Assembly (NCBI GenBank): GCA_041937175.2
Contig: CP166615.1
Location: 3,168,001-3,232,000, forward strand
Direction of reading: 5' to 3'
From: Limnothrix sp. BL-A-16
GTDB lineage: Bacteria; Cyanobacteriota; Cyanobacteriia; CACIAM-69d
DNA length: 64,000 bases
In this document: positions 48,933-58,900 of the stretch, in pieces
Position numbering within the stretch: position 1 is the stretch's first letter
Layout: each line of letters opens with the position of its first letter
The notes under the pieces: model-generated
The model's input: the letters and a program-made list of their open reading frames with translations, nothing else
What the model was told of the DNA's origin: nothing
Database searches by the model: none
Program-made: the position numbers and the translations under genes

Positions 48933-50078
48933 GTGCAAGTCACTTTCCAAATCATGCGTCGGGAACCCGGATCGTCTCCTCGGGTTCAGTCCTATCGCCT
49001 CGACAATGTTTTACCCGGAAATACGATTCTGGATTGCCTGAATCGTATCAAGTGGGAGCAAGATGGCAGTCTTGGCTTTCGTAAGAATTGTCGCAATACG
49101 ATTTGCGGAAGTTGCGCCATGCGGATTAATGGCCGATCGCGCCTGGCCTGTAAAGAAAATGTTTCGGAGATGTTGACCCGGGCGATCGGGACGGATGAGC
49201 GCGGTGAACCGGTGATTACTGTGGCTCCGATGGGCAATTTACCGGTGATTCGAGATTTGGTGGTGGATCTGCAACCGTTTTGGGCCCGGTTGGAATCGAT
49301 TCACCCGTCGGTGAGTCGGGCGGAACAGTTGGCGGCGGCGGAAACGGTGGCGGCCCAGGAGCGATCGCCCCAGCAAAATCAGACAGTCCCAACCAATCAG
49401 GCCAATCAGGCAAGTCAATTTTTAGATCAACCTCTAGATCAACCTTTGCGGGAAACGCGCCAAACGCCGGATCAGCGGGCCCTTTTGGAGCAGGCGGGCA
49501 ACTGCATCGCTTGTGGGGCCTGCTATTCGGAGTGCAATGCGGTGATGGTGAATCCGCAGTTTGCGGGGCCCCAAGCCCTGGCAAAGGCGCAACGGTTGGT
49601 GGACGATACGCGCGATCGGGCCACGGCGGAACGGTTAAGCCAGTTGGGTGAGGATGGCAGCGGCGTTTGGGGTTGCACGCGCTGTTTTGCTTGCAATGAG
49701 GTTTGCCCGATGGAGGTGAACCCGCTCGATCGCATCTCGCGCATTAAATCGGTATTGTTGGCGCAGGCGGCGACGGCCGGCGAGGCGATCGAACGACCTT
49801 TACGCCACCGCCAAACCCTGGTGCAGATGGTGCGTGAGGGGGGGTGGATTGATGAGCGTCAGTTTGCCATTCGGGTCATTGGCAATTCGGGACGCGATTG
49901 GCGGGGGCTGGCCAGTTTGGCTCCGGTGGGCTGGCGGATGGTGGCTCGGGGCAAAATGCCGCTTACGTTTGAAAAATCCGAGGGCACTGACCAGGTGCGG
50001 GGTCTGATTGATGCGGTGCGGGCGGTGGAAGCGGCCCAAGGCACGGCCCAACCACCCCCGCCCGATCGCGAGTCCTAG
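48933..50078 (+). CDS. sdhB: Succinate dehydrogenase/fumarate reductase iron-sulfur subunit
   Basis: FRKNCRNTICGSCAMRING..LAC, CIACGACYSEC, CTRCFACNEVCP; probable GTG start at 48933. Confidence 0.92.
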   Translation: MQVTFQIMRREPGSSPRVQSYRLDNVLPGNTILDCLNRIKWEQDGSLGFRKNCRNTICGSCAMRINGRSRLACKENVSEMLTRAIGTDERGEPVITVAPMGNLPVIRDLVVDLQPFWARLESIHPSVSRAEQLAAAETVAAQERSPQQNQTVPTNQANQASQFLDQPLDQPLRETRQTPDQRALLEQAGNCIACGACYSECNAVMVNPQFAGPQALAKAQRLVDDTRDRATAERLSQLGEDGSGVWGCTRCFACNEVCPMEVNPLDRISRIKSVLLAQAATAGEAIERPLRHRQTLVQMVREGGWIDERQFAIRVIGNSGRDWRGLASLAPVGWRMVARGKMPLTFEKSEGTDQVRGLIDAVRAVEAAQGTAQPPPPDRES

Positions 50079-50124
50079 GGATCGCGAATCCTGGGAATCC
50101 CGTTGTTGAGATCAAACGTAGTTC

Positions 50125-51672
50125 CTAACGAGAACCAAAGGGATCGGGAACCGCTGGCCGGCCCAGCTTGGCCCACAGTTCTGCCTCAATGCGTTTGACG
50201 ATCGACTGTTCATCCAAAGTGGCCAACACGCGCCCGATCGCAGCCCTTGGCCCATCGGGGCCCCAGGAGGCATCGTTGGCTAGGTAGGTTTTGGTCGCTT
50301 GGCCGATCGCATAGGAAGAAACCCCGGCGATCGCGGCTTGGGTGGCGGCGATCGACAGATAGGGCACGGTGGTGATCCCGCCAGTGGCGACGGTGGACAG
50401 GCCCAGAAATCCCTTGAGGGCGCTGAGGCCCAATCGGGCGATCCATTCTCCGGCGCTGAGGCCCCCTAGCCCGATCGCAATGGTTTTCATCAGGGCGATC
50501 GCACCCCGTTGGCCCATGGGAATTCCGTAGAGCCGCGAGAGGGCCAAAATGGTGGCCAGGTCGATCGCCGCGCCCCCCACCAAGTCCAACACCACCACGG
50601 GATTCACCGCCACAGCAATCGCTTTGGCAATCGTGCCATTCCAAATCAGCCGATCGGCAGAGCGATCCCGCAGGGCCAACTTGCGCGACAGGATTCGATC
50701 GCCCGCCGCTTGGGCATAAAGCAACGAGTTCAGGGCCACCAGGGCTTTGCCCTCCCTTGCCAACACCTCCAAAATTTTCAGCTTCAGACTTTCCACCTGG
50801 GGCGCACCCCGTTGCAAATCCGCCGCGATCGTCCCGTCGGGCCGCTGCACCACCTGGGCCACCAGGGGAGCCGCCGCCACCATCACAATCTCATCGGGCG
50901 ACAGCAGCTCCCGCACCCGATCGTCCCGAATCTTTTCGTAAATGGCCTGCCGATCGGCCTCGGGAAACTGATCAATCTTGTTCAACACCAGCAGAATCGG
51001 CTTACCCGCTTCCCGCAACTGAGACAGGGCCTCGCATTCCACTTGGGTCATGTCCCCGGCCACCACAAACAGAATCAGATCCGACGCTTGCCCCACTTCC
51101 CGAGCCAGGGCCGCCCGTGCCGCCCCATTCACTTCATCAATGCCCGGCGTGTCCACCAGTTCCACTTGGCCCAAACTGGATGGCACTGTCCAATGGATGC
51201 TCCGGCTAGATTGGGTTACGCCGTGGGTGGGGCCCGTTTCAAAGACCGATCGCCCCAACAGGGCATTGAGCAAGGAAGACTTGCCGCGACTGACGGCCCC
51301 AAACACGGCAATCTGCACCCGCTGATCCTCCAGCTTGTCCAGCATTTGCGCCAAACCCTCCAGATCTGGCTCCAGGCCCGATCGCTCCCGGGGGGTCAAG
51401 TCCAACCGCTCCATCAGCGATCGCAGGGCCGATCGGGCTTGGCGATAGGCCAACTCCGCATCTAAATCCGCCAAAGACTCGATCGCCGCGTCCAATTCCC
51501 GATCGACCGCATCCCACTCATCTAGGCGATCGCTGCTCTCAAAATCATCACCCTCGAAATCATCACTCTCAAAGTCCCCGCGATCCAAGCCACTCCCATC
51601 AGCGTCAGTGGGTCGATCAATCGGCCCTTCCATGGCCTCAGAAAATTCAGAATTTGGCGGATTGGCAGCCAT
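50125..51672 (-). CDS. Era-like GTP-binding protein with DUF697 (YcjF-like) C-terminus
   Basis: GAVSRGKSSLLN, DTPG, NKID, hydrophobic C-terminal domain. Confidence 0.88.
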   Translation of the reverse strand: MAANPPNSEFSEAMEGPIDRPTDADGSGLDRGDFESDDFEGDDFESSDRLDEWDAVDRELDAAIESLADLDAELAYRQARSALRSLMERLDLTPRERSGLEPDLEGLAQMLDKLEDQRVQIAVFGAVSRGKSSLLNALLGRSVFETGPTHGVTQSSRSIHWTVPSSLGQVELVDTPGIDEVNGAARAALAREVGQASDLILFVVAGDMTQVECEALSQLREAGKPILLVLNKIDQFPEADRQAIYEKIRDDRVRELLSPDEIVMVAAAPLVAQVVQRPDGTIAADLQRGAPQVESLKLKILEVLAREGKALVALNSLLYAQAAGDRILSRKLALRDRSADRLIWNGTIAKAIAVAVNPVVVLDLVGGAAIDLATILALSRLYGIPMGQRGAIALMKTIAIGLGGLSAGEWIARLGLSALKGFLGLSTVATGGITTVPYLSIAATQAAIAGVSSYAIGQATKTYLANDASWGPDGPRAAIGRVLATLDEQSIVKRIEAELWAKLGRPAVPDPFGSR

Positions 51673-51781
51673 GGGCGATCGGGAATAACCATTGAGAATA
51701 GAAATTGATTTAAGCCACACCTGTCAGAGACTGTCTGAAAAGTATCTTTGGACTACAAACCAGCGACAATAGTCGTGAAGG

Positions 51782-52013
51782 CAAGGGGCTTAGGGGGTGT
51801 CGTCAAATCGCCTGAAACCTTTATTCCGCCGTTGACAGATCGCGGGGGACAAGGAGCTTAGGGGGTGTCGTCAAATCGCCTGAAACCTTGATTCCGCCGT
51901 TGACAGATCGCGGGGGACAAGGGGCTTAAGCCCCTTGTTACAACGATTGGGGTCAGGATAATCAACTGTTTTCGCCTGACCCTCGGAAATGACGATAGCC
52001 CCTAATCCCCTTG
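51782..52013 (+). mobile_element. MITE (51861-52002, 142 bp) plus duplicated left half (51793-51858), inserted in a split palindrome
   Basis: CAAGGGGCT-TA-[GGGGGTGTCGTCA..CAAGGAGCT]-TA-[GGGGGTGTCGTCA...TGACGATAGCCCC]-TA-ATCCCCTTG. Confidence 0.8.
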
Positions 52014-52092
52014 TTTTCGTCGATCACCGGGGCGATCGCTGGGACAAGCATGGTTTTAATATTGACTGCTCAGACATCCACTCAGCATTAAA

Positions 52093-52992
52093 TCAGCATT
52101 GGATCAGACCTTTTTTGGCGATTAATAATTCCTGACCCGCCTTCGATCGCCGGCCTTGGGTATTGGTCATACTGTAGGGCTTAGTCCAGGGTAAACAGTC
52201 CGCCCAATCGGCCGGATAGAGATCCTGAATTGCTTCACAATTATCGATCGTCATTAGCCAATTGTGGGGACAGTCGCGCAAGGACTCGGCTAATTGTTGA
52301 TGATTAAAACCCTTGTGTAAATCACCCGATCGCCCATATAACCGCGATTGTTCCGCTGAAAAATAGGGCGGATCGAGAAAAATAAACACATCCTCACCGG
52401 GCGCATGAATCAGTTCCCGATAATCGCCCAGGGTCAAGCGCACGCCCGCTAACCGACCCTGCAAATTTTCCAGCCGTTGAATGCTGGACTCGGTGAACCG
52501 ACCGCAATAGGCCGCCGCCGTCATGCCGCCGGATTCCGTGAGGCCGCTGGCGGTGCTGCGATTCAAAATAAAAAATCGCGCCGCATTATGGAGCCGATCG
52601 CCCGGTAAGTTCGCCAGTTTTTGTTGATAGCGATCGCGAAATGCCACCCATTGATCGCACTTGCGCCGCTCGCCGTCGTAGTCATCCCGCAGCGATCGCA
52701 CCAACCGGGCTAGGGCGATCGCATCGATTTGCACCTGTTGCCAAAAATCCATCAACAACGGATTCGCATCATTGGCCCAAAATGCTTGCGCCACCTGCGA
52801 CCCGATCGCATGGAGCAACACACTGCCGCCCCCCAAAAACGGCTCCCGATATTCCTTCGCCGATCGAAAATAGGGCGTAAAAATCGGCAGGTCTTTTTGT
52901 TTCCCCCCCGGATATCGCAGGGGCGATCGCCAATCGCGCCAGTCAACAGCGGTCACAGGGCGATCGGGTGAATCAGGAGTCATCGTTTTCAT
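52093..52992 (-). CDS. Orphan DNA adenine methyltransferase (D12/Dam-like, alpha class)
   Basis: SPLRYPGGK, EPFLGGGSV, NDAN, FLDPPY, ELLI. Confidence 0.9.
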   Translation of the reverse strand: MKTMTPDSPDRPVTAVDWRDWRSPLRYPGGKQKDLPIFTPYFRSAKEYREPFLGGGSVLLHAIGSQVAQAFWANDANPLLMDFWQQVQIDAIALARLVRSLRDDYDGERRKCDQWVAFRDRYQQKLANLPGDRLHNAARFFILNRSTASGLTESGGMTAAAYCGRFTESSIQRLENLQGRLAGVRLTLGDYRELIHAPGEDVFIFLDPPYFSAEQSRLYGRSGDLHKGFNHQQLAESLRDCPHNWLMTIDNCEAIQDLYPADWADCLPWTKPYSMTNTQGRRSKAGQELLIAKKGLIQC

Positions 52993-53010
52993 GGAGCGTT
53001 GATTGGCTAA

Positions 53011-53153
53011 GGGGGTGTCGTTACAATCGCCCGAAACCCTGGTTCTGTCGTTAGCAGATCGTTAGGCAGCAAGGGGCTTAAGCCCCTTGTTACGACAACT
53101 GGTGCCTGGAAAATTCATCATTTCAGCTTGTGACTCGCAAGCAACGGCAGGGC
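53011..53153 (+). mobile_element. Degenerate MITE copy (about 143 bp)
   Basis: GGGGGTGTCGTTACAATCGCCCGAAACCC..., internal palindrome at 53070-53089, eroded right end. Confidence 0.7.
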
Positions 53154-53335
53154 TTACGGCCGTGAGCCTCTAAGGATTTTGATGGGGTTGATTCGTGACC
53201 TTCAATCGCCTCCGCGCCAATCAACGGGCGATCGCCAGTGACGCGATAGAATAAGACCTCTGAATCGGCCCGGCAAGTTGCCCGCCGATCGCCCGTTTAC
53301 CCGATCGGACTGACGCACCCTCGACCGAGCTGGGG

Positions 53336-53355
53336 CAAGGGGCTTAAGCCCCTTG
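53336..53355. repeat. 20-bp palindrome (empty site) upstream of leuC
   Basis: CAAGGGGCTTAAGCCCCTTG. Confidence 0.85.
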
Positions 53356-53421
53356 TCTGAGTAGACTATCGCGCTAGTCCTCAATCTGAGAGATACACCC
53401 ACCACAGAGCGATCGCCCGTC

Positions 53422-54831
53422 ATGAGCCAAGGAACCCTCTTCGACAAAGTTTGGGATTTGCACACCGTCGCCACATTGCCCTCGGGCCAAACCCAACTGT
53501 TCGTTGGCCTGCATCTGATCCACGAAGTGACCAGCCCCCAAGCCTTCGCGATGCTGCGCGAACGTGGGCTACAGGTTCCCTTCCCCCAACGCACCGTGGC
53601 CACCGTTGATCACATTGTCCCCACCCAACTGCAACAACGCCAGCGGCCCTTCATCGATTCCCTGGCCGAGGACATGATCGTGGCCCTTGAGCAAAGCTGC
53701 CAAGAATTCGGGATTCGGTTCTATAACATCGGTTCCGGCAAGCAAGGCATTGTCCACGTGATTGCCCCCGAACAGGGCTTGACCCAACCGGGCATGACGA
53801 TCGCCTGTGGTGACAGCCACACCTCCACCCACGGCGCATTCGGGGCCATTTCCTTTGGGATTGGCACTAGCCAAGTGCGCGACGTGCTGGCTTCCCAAAC
53901 CCTGGCCATGACCAAGCCGAAAGTGCGCCGCGTGGAAGTGAACGGCGACCTGCGCCCCGGGGTCTACGCCAAAGACGTGGTGTTGCACATCATCCGCAAG
54001 CTAGGCGTGAAAGGCGGCGTGGGCTATGCCTACGAATATGCAGGCACGACCTTTGAGGCGATGAGCATGGAAGAACGGATGACCGTTTGCAACATGAGCA
54101 TCGAAGGCGGCGCGCGCTGCGGCTACGTGAACCCCGACCCAATCACGTTCGACTATTTGCAAGGGCGCGAGTTTGCCCCCAAGGGAGCCGATTGGGATGC
54201 GGCGGTGGCTTGGTGGACAAGCGTTCGCAGCGATGCAGATGCCCAATACGACGATGTGGTGGTGTTCGATGCGGCGGAGATTGAACCGACCGTCACTTGG
54301 GGGATCACGCCTGGTCAGGGCATTGGCGTGACGGAAACGATCCCGACCGTAGACGAACTGGAGGAGGGCGATCGCTCGATCGCCAAGGAAGCCTACGACT
54401 ACATGCAGCTCGCCCCGGGCCAGGCGATCGCCGGAACCAAAATCGACGTGTGCTTCATCGGCAGTTGCACCAATGGCCGGATCAGCGATTTGCGCGAAGC
54501 CGCCAAAGTCGCCCAGGGTCGCCAAGTGGTCGAAGGGATCACCGCCTTCGTCGTCCCCGGTTCCGAATCCGTGAAGCAAGCGGCCGAAGCGGAAGGCCTG
54601 CACGAAATCTTCAAGGCCGCCGGGTTTGAGTGGCGGGAAGCCGGTTGCTCCATGTGTTTGGCCATGAACCCAGACAAGTTGCAGGGCAGCCAAATCAGTG
54701 CCTCGTCCTCGAACCGCAACTTCAAGGGCCGTCAGGGTTCCGCCAGCGGCCGCACGTTGCTGATGAGTCCGGCCATGGTGGCCGCCGCCGCTGTGACCGG
54801 CACGGTTACCGACGTGCGCGAGTTGCTGTAG
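53422..54831 (+). CDS. leuC: 3-isopropylmalate dehydratase large subunit
   Basis: [43 protein letters not shown]. Confidence 0.97.
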   Translation: MSQGTLFDKVWDLHTVATLPSGQTQLFVGLHLIHEVTSPQAFAMLRERGLQVPFPQRTVATVDHIVPTQLQQRQRPFIDSLAEDMIVALEQSCQEFGIRFYNIGSGKQGIVHVIAPEQGLTQPGMTIACGDSHTSTHGAFGAISFGIGTSQVRDVLASQTLAMTKPKVRRVEVNGDLRPGVYAKDVVLHIIRKLGVKGGVGYAYEYAGTTFEAMSMEERMTVCNMSIEGGARCGYVNPDPITFDYLQGREFAPKGADWDAAVAWWTSVRSDADAQYDDVVVFDAAEIEPTVTWGITPGQGIGVTETIPTVDELEEGDRSIAKEAYDYMQLAPGQAIAGTKIDVCFIGSCTNGRISDLREAAKVAQGRQVVEGITAFVVPGSESVKQAAEAEGLHEIFKAAGFEWREAGCSMCLAMNPDKLQGSQISASSSNRNFKGRQGSASGRTLLMSPAMVAAAAVTGTVTDVRELL

Positions 54832-54867
54832 CCGCGAGCAGGGCTTGTTCGCTGAAATTGCGGGTGA

Positions 54868-54892
54868 GGGCAGGTTTCAATCCTGCCCCTAC
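54868..54892. repeat. Single GTAG-type REP-like hairpin after leuC
   Basis: GGGCAGG-TTTCAAT-CCTGCCC-CTAC. Confidence 0.45.
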
Positions 54893-54951
54893 CGCCGGCC
54901 GTGCTTGATACAATTGCCGACATCTGCAAATCACGCCAATCAGGTGAACCT

Positions 54952-55713
54952 ATGAGTGCAATGTCCCAACTGCAATCCGCCCTCGATCGCGGCCAAGCGC
55001 TGAAAGCGATCGCTGGTTTGAACAATTTCGACGGCGATCGGGTCGAAGCGATCGTCAAAGCAGCCGAGCTGGGCGGTGCAACCTTCGTGGACATTGCCGC
55101 CGACCCCGCCTTGGTGCAGCGGATCAAGGCGATCACCAGCCTGCCCGTTTGCGTGTCTGCCGTGGAACCCGCCAAGTTTGTGGACTGCGTGGCGGCCGGC
55201 GCTGACCTGATTGAAATCGGGAACTTCGACAGCTTCTATGCCCAAGGCATTCGCTTTGAAGCGGCTGAAGTGTTGGCCATGACCCAAGAAACCCGCCGCC
55301 TGCTGCCCGATGTGCTGCTGTCGGTGACGGTTCCCCACATTTTGGCCCTCGATGAGCAAGTGGCCCTGGCTGAAGCGCTGGTGGCCGCTGGCGCAGACAT
55401 CATCCAAACCGAAGGCGGCACCAGCAGCCAACCCGCCCACGCCGGTAGCCTGGGCTTGATCGAGAAGGCCGCTCCCACCCTGGCGGCTGCCTACGAAATC
55501 AGCCGCGCCGTGTCCGTGCAGGTGCTTTGCGCGTCGGGCATTTCGGCGGTGACGGCTCCCCTGGCGATCGCGGCGGGTGCTGCGGGCGTGGGCGTGGGTT
55601 CGGCCATCAACAAGCTGGACAACGAAATCGCCATGGTGGCTGCTGTTCGCTCGATCGTTGAGTCCCTGCAAACGGTGGCCACTGTGGGTGCTGGTTGCGG
55701 CATCGATCAGTAG
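54952..55713 (+). CDS. DUF561 (Ycf23-like) TIM-barrel protein
   Basis: LKAIAGLNNFD, GGATFVDIAAD, IEIGNFDSFY, LSVTVPH, IQTEGG. Confidence 0.88.
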   Translation: MSAMSQLQSALDRGQALKAIAGLNNFDGDRVEAIVKAAELGGATFVDIAADPALVQRIKAITSLPVCVSAVEPAKFVDCVAAGADLIEIGNFDSFYAQGIRFEAAEVLAMTQETRRLLPDVLLSVTVPHILALDEQVALAEALVAAGADIIQTEGGTSSQPAHAGSLGLIEKAAPTLAAAYEISRAVSVQVLCASGISAVTAPLAIAAGAAGVGVGSAINKLDNEIAMVAAVRSIVESLQTVATVGAGCGIDQ

Positions 55714-55845
55714 ACCGTGATAGTCCCGAAATAGTCCCGATCGCCCCCTCATTGCCCAGGATGGCGGGCGATCGGGATTCAGCCTAAGCTCAGCCAGCAA
55801 CCTCACGGATAGCTGATTTTTCAAAAACCTCAAAAATGAGTACAG

Positions 55846-55872
55846 AAGCCGCCTCTCAAGGGTGGCTTTTTT
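55846..55872 (+). terminator. Intrinsic terminator candidate
   Basis: AAGCCGCC-loop-GGTGGCTT followed by a T run. Confidence 0.6.
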
Positions 55873-55941
55873 GGTCTTGTTTTTCTGATTTGATAGGATC
55901 AGTTGCGATCGTCCACCCATTCAGCAACGGCGGGATCATTG

Positions 55942-58900
55942 ATGCTCACTCCTGATCAGCGGCGGGCAGCGGGAGCACCCCAGAGCGTGGCGGTGTTGGC
56001 GGGGGCCGGCACGGGCAAAACCCACATGCTGGCGGCGCGCTACCTGTACCATGTGACGGCGTTTGGCTACTCCCCGATCGAGGTTGTGGCGGTCACCTTC
56101 ACCCGCAAAGCGGCGGAGGAGTTGCGATCGCGCATTCGGCAGGATTTACAACAGCTTTTGGCTACCGAAGCCGCTGCCCTGGCCAGTGGCCATTCATCAG
56201 CTCTGACTAAGCTCTACGATCGCTGGCCGGGCTGTGACCTATTGGCGGATTTGGAAGCGGCAGCGGTTAATACGTTTCATGCCGTGGCGGGACAAATTTG
56301 CCGAGAACAAGCGCACCATTTAGAATTAGCGCCCAACTTCACGATTCAAGAGCCTTGGGAAACGAGTCTTTGGCAAAAGGAGCAGCTAGATTTGGCGTTG
56401 GATGAACTGCCAGAGGTTCATTACACCGCTGTGCCCTATTCCACGTTGCGCCCCATTTTGGAAGGATTATTAGCCGATCGCTACACGGCGGAACAGGCCT
56501 TAAAGCGCGATCGCACCGATTGGGAAACACAGGTCAAAATTTGGCGACAAGCAGCGCTCGATCGGCTGGTGAATGCTCCCGGTTGGCAATCGGCACAACA
56601 GTTTTTATCCCAATATGCTGGGAAGCCCGGAGACGGAGCCGAGGAAAATCGGCAGCGAATTTTGGAATTAATGGATGCGATCGCCCAAGATCGCAATTCC
56701 GATCAATGGGGCACTTGGGCAGGCGCTATTAATTTAAGTAAAGGTAGCCAAAAAAATTGGGACTCTAAACAAATTTTTGAATCCGTCAAGGAAGGAATTA
56801 AAACTACGCGAGATCAAATTAAACAGGCTCTGAAAGCAGGAGCCATTCTTTGCGAATTAGGAGAAGTTGACGATCGCTTTGAGGAGAAACTGAAAACCAT
56901 TCGTCAAGTCTATGTTTGGGTACGTTCTCGCTTGGAAGTGGCGAAAAAGCAAGCCCGGCTCATGGACTTTAGCGATTTGGAATGGTATGCCCTCAAGGCG
57001 TTGGAAATGCCAGAAGTTCAAGCCTACTATCATCAACGGTGGCAAGCATTTTTGGTGGACGAATTTCAAGATACAAATCCGGTGCAAAGTGCCTTGCTCG
57101 ATCGCCTGCAACACGATCGGGCAAAGGTGACGATTGTGGGCGACAGCAAGCAATCAATCTATCGATTTCGCCGGGCAGAAGTGGGGCTATTTCAAGATTG
57201 GTGCGATCGCCTGGCCCGGTCTGCCGAGGGCGATCGGGTCAGCTTGTCCCAGAGCTTCCGCACCCATCGGGATTTGGTGGCCGCTGGGAATGCGCTTTGT
57301 GAGCCGTTGTTGAACGAGTTGCACCAACCCTTGCGGGGCGATCGGGCGGAACCACCGCTCGATCGCCCCGTGACCCTGTTGGTATTGCAGGCCACCACCA
57401 AAGCGCAGAAGGTTGCGACCCGGCGGGTGGCCGAGGCCCAAGCGATCGGCCAACGATTGCGCGATTGGGTTGATCAGGGAGTCCTAATTTTCGATAAAGG
57501 CTTGGGAACCACACGCCCGCTGGCATTTCGCGACATTGCCATTTTGGGGCGCACCCATCGGCAACTGAGCATCATTGCCCAAACCCTGACAGCAGCAGGA
57601 TTGCCGGTAAATCTCTGCTCCGGTGATTTGCTGGATACCCGTGAGGCCCAGGATGGAACCGCTTTGCTGCGGTTTTTGGCGGATTCGCAAGATAGCGTGG
57701 CCCTGGTCACGATTTTGCGCAGTCCTTGGTTTGCGGTCAGCGATCGGGCCCTGTTTGCGGTCAGTCGCCAGTTTCCAGCGCCGGAACCCACTGCCCCTGA
57801 TGGATCCCCCGCCCCGCGCCGATCGCCCAATTGGTGGGCTGCTCTGCAAGATTTGCTCACCGATTCAGCAACTTTCAATCAGTTAGACGAGGGCGATCAA
57901 CAGGCCCTAAAACGGGCAGTGGCGCAGTTGCGGCGCTGGCGGGGCGATCGGCGGAGGGAACTGCCCTCCCAGTTGCTGCACCGAGCCGATCGGGCCACGG
58001 GCTACAGTGCCACGATCGCCAACCTACCGGACGGGGCCCGCCGCCTGCGGGATTGGCGCGACTTTGCCGACTGGATCGCCCAATTGGAGGAAGGGGTGGG
58101 CGACACCTTTGGCGTGGTGCGGCGGTTGCGACGCATTGAAACCGTGCGGCGGCTGAATTCTGGTGACCTGAAAACCCTCTTTGCCCGATCGCCCCTGGAA
58201 GCCGGGAACGCCATTGACCTGATGACCATCCATGCGTCCAAGGGGTTGGAATGGCCGGTGGTGGTGTTGCCGGATCTGAATCCCCAGCGAGATTTCCAAC
58301 AGTCAACTTCTTGGCGAATGAGTGCGGACTTGGGATTTGTGTTCCAGTGGCGTGACCAACCCCAGGGAGATTGGCAAATTCCAGCCCTGTGGCAATTGCT
58401 GGCAGCGGCCGATCGGGAAGCGGCCCAGGCAGAAACCCGCCGATTGTTGTACGTTGCCTTGACCCGGGCCCGCGATCGGTTGCTCCTGAGCGCCAATTTG
58501 CCTTGGCAGGAAGAAAAAGCCGAGAAGTCCGGCAAATCGAACCAATCCGAAACCAGCGAGGACGAAACGGGCGATCGCTTCCGGCCCTGGGATTGGGTGC
58601 AAGGGGTGGCCCAGGCCCAAGGCTGGTTGATCGACTGTGTGATGATCCCCGAAGGCTCGCCAGATTTTCCCGATCAACCCAATCAAGCTGATCGCCTCAG
58701 TCAAGCCGATCCCCAGAATCCAAACCATCCAACTGCCCCCGTCGATCGCCCCCAAATTACCACCGATCCTTGCTCGGAAAATGGTCAGCTCCTGTGGGGT
58801 TGGGTGTCTTCCGGCTTGGATGAATTACCCGTGGTGGCCCTCAGTGAATATGCACGCTGTCCCCGGCGGTTTGCTTGGCGCATGGTGGACGATCGCCCCC

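Noticed and set aside
48465..48950. 161-aa minus-strand ORF upstream of sdhB
   Set aside because: No recognisable motif, atypical composition and overlaps the sdhB start; probably spurious.
51782..52013. True nested MITE-in-MITE insertion
   Set aside because: The right half of the outer element is missing after the inner copy; a 68-bp tandem duplication is the simpler explanation.
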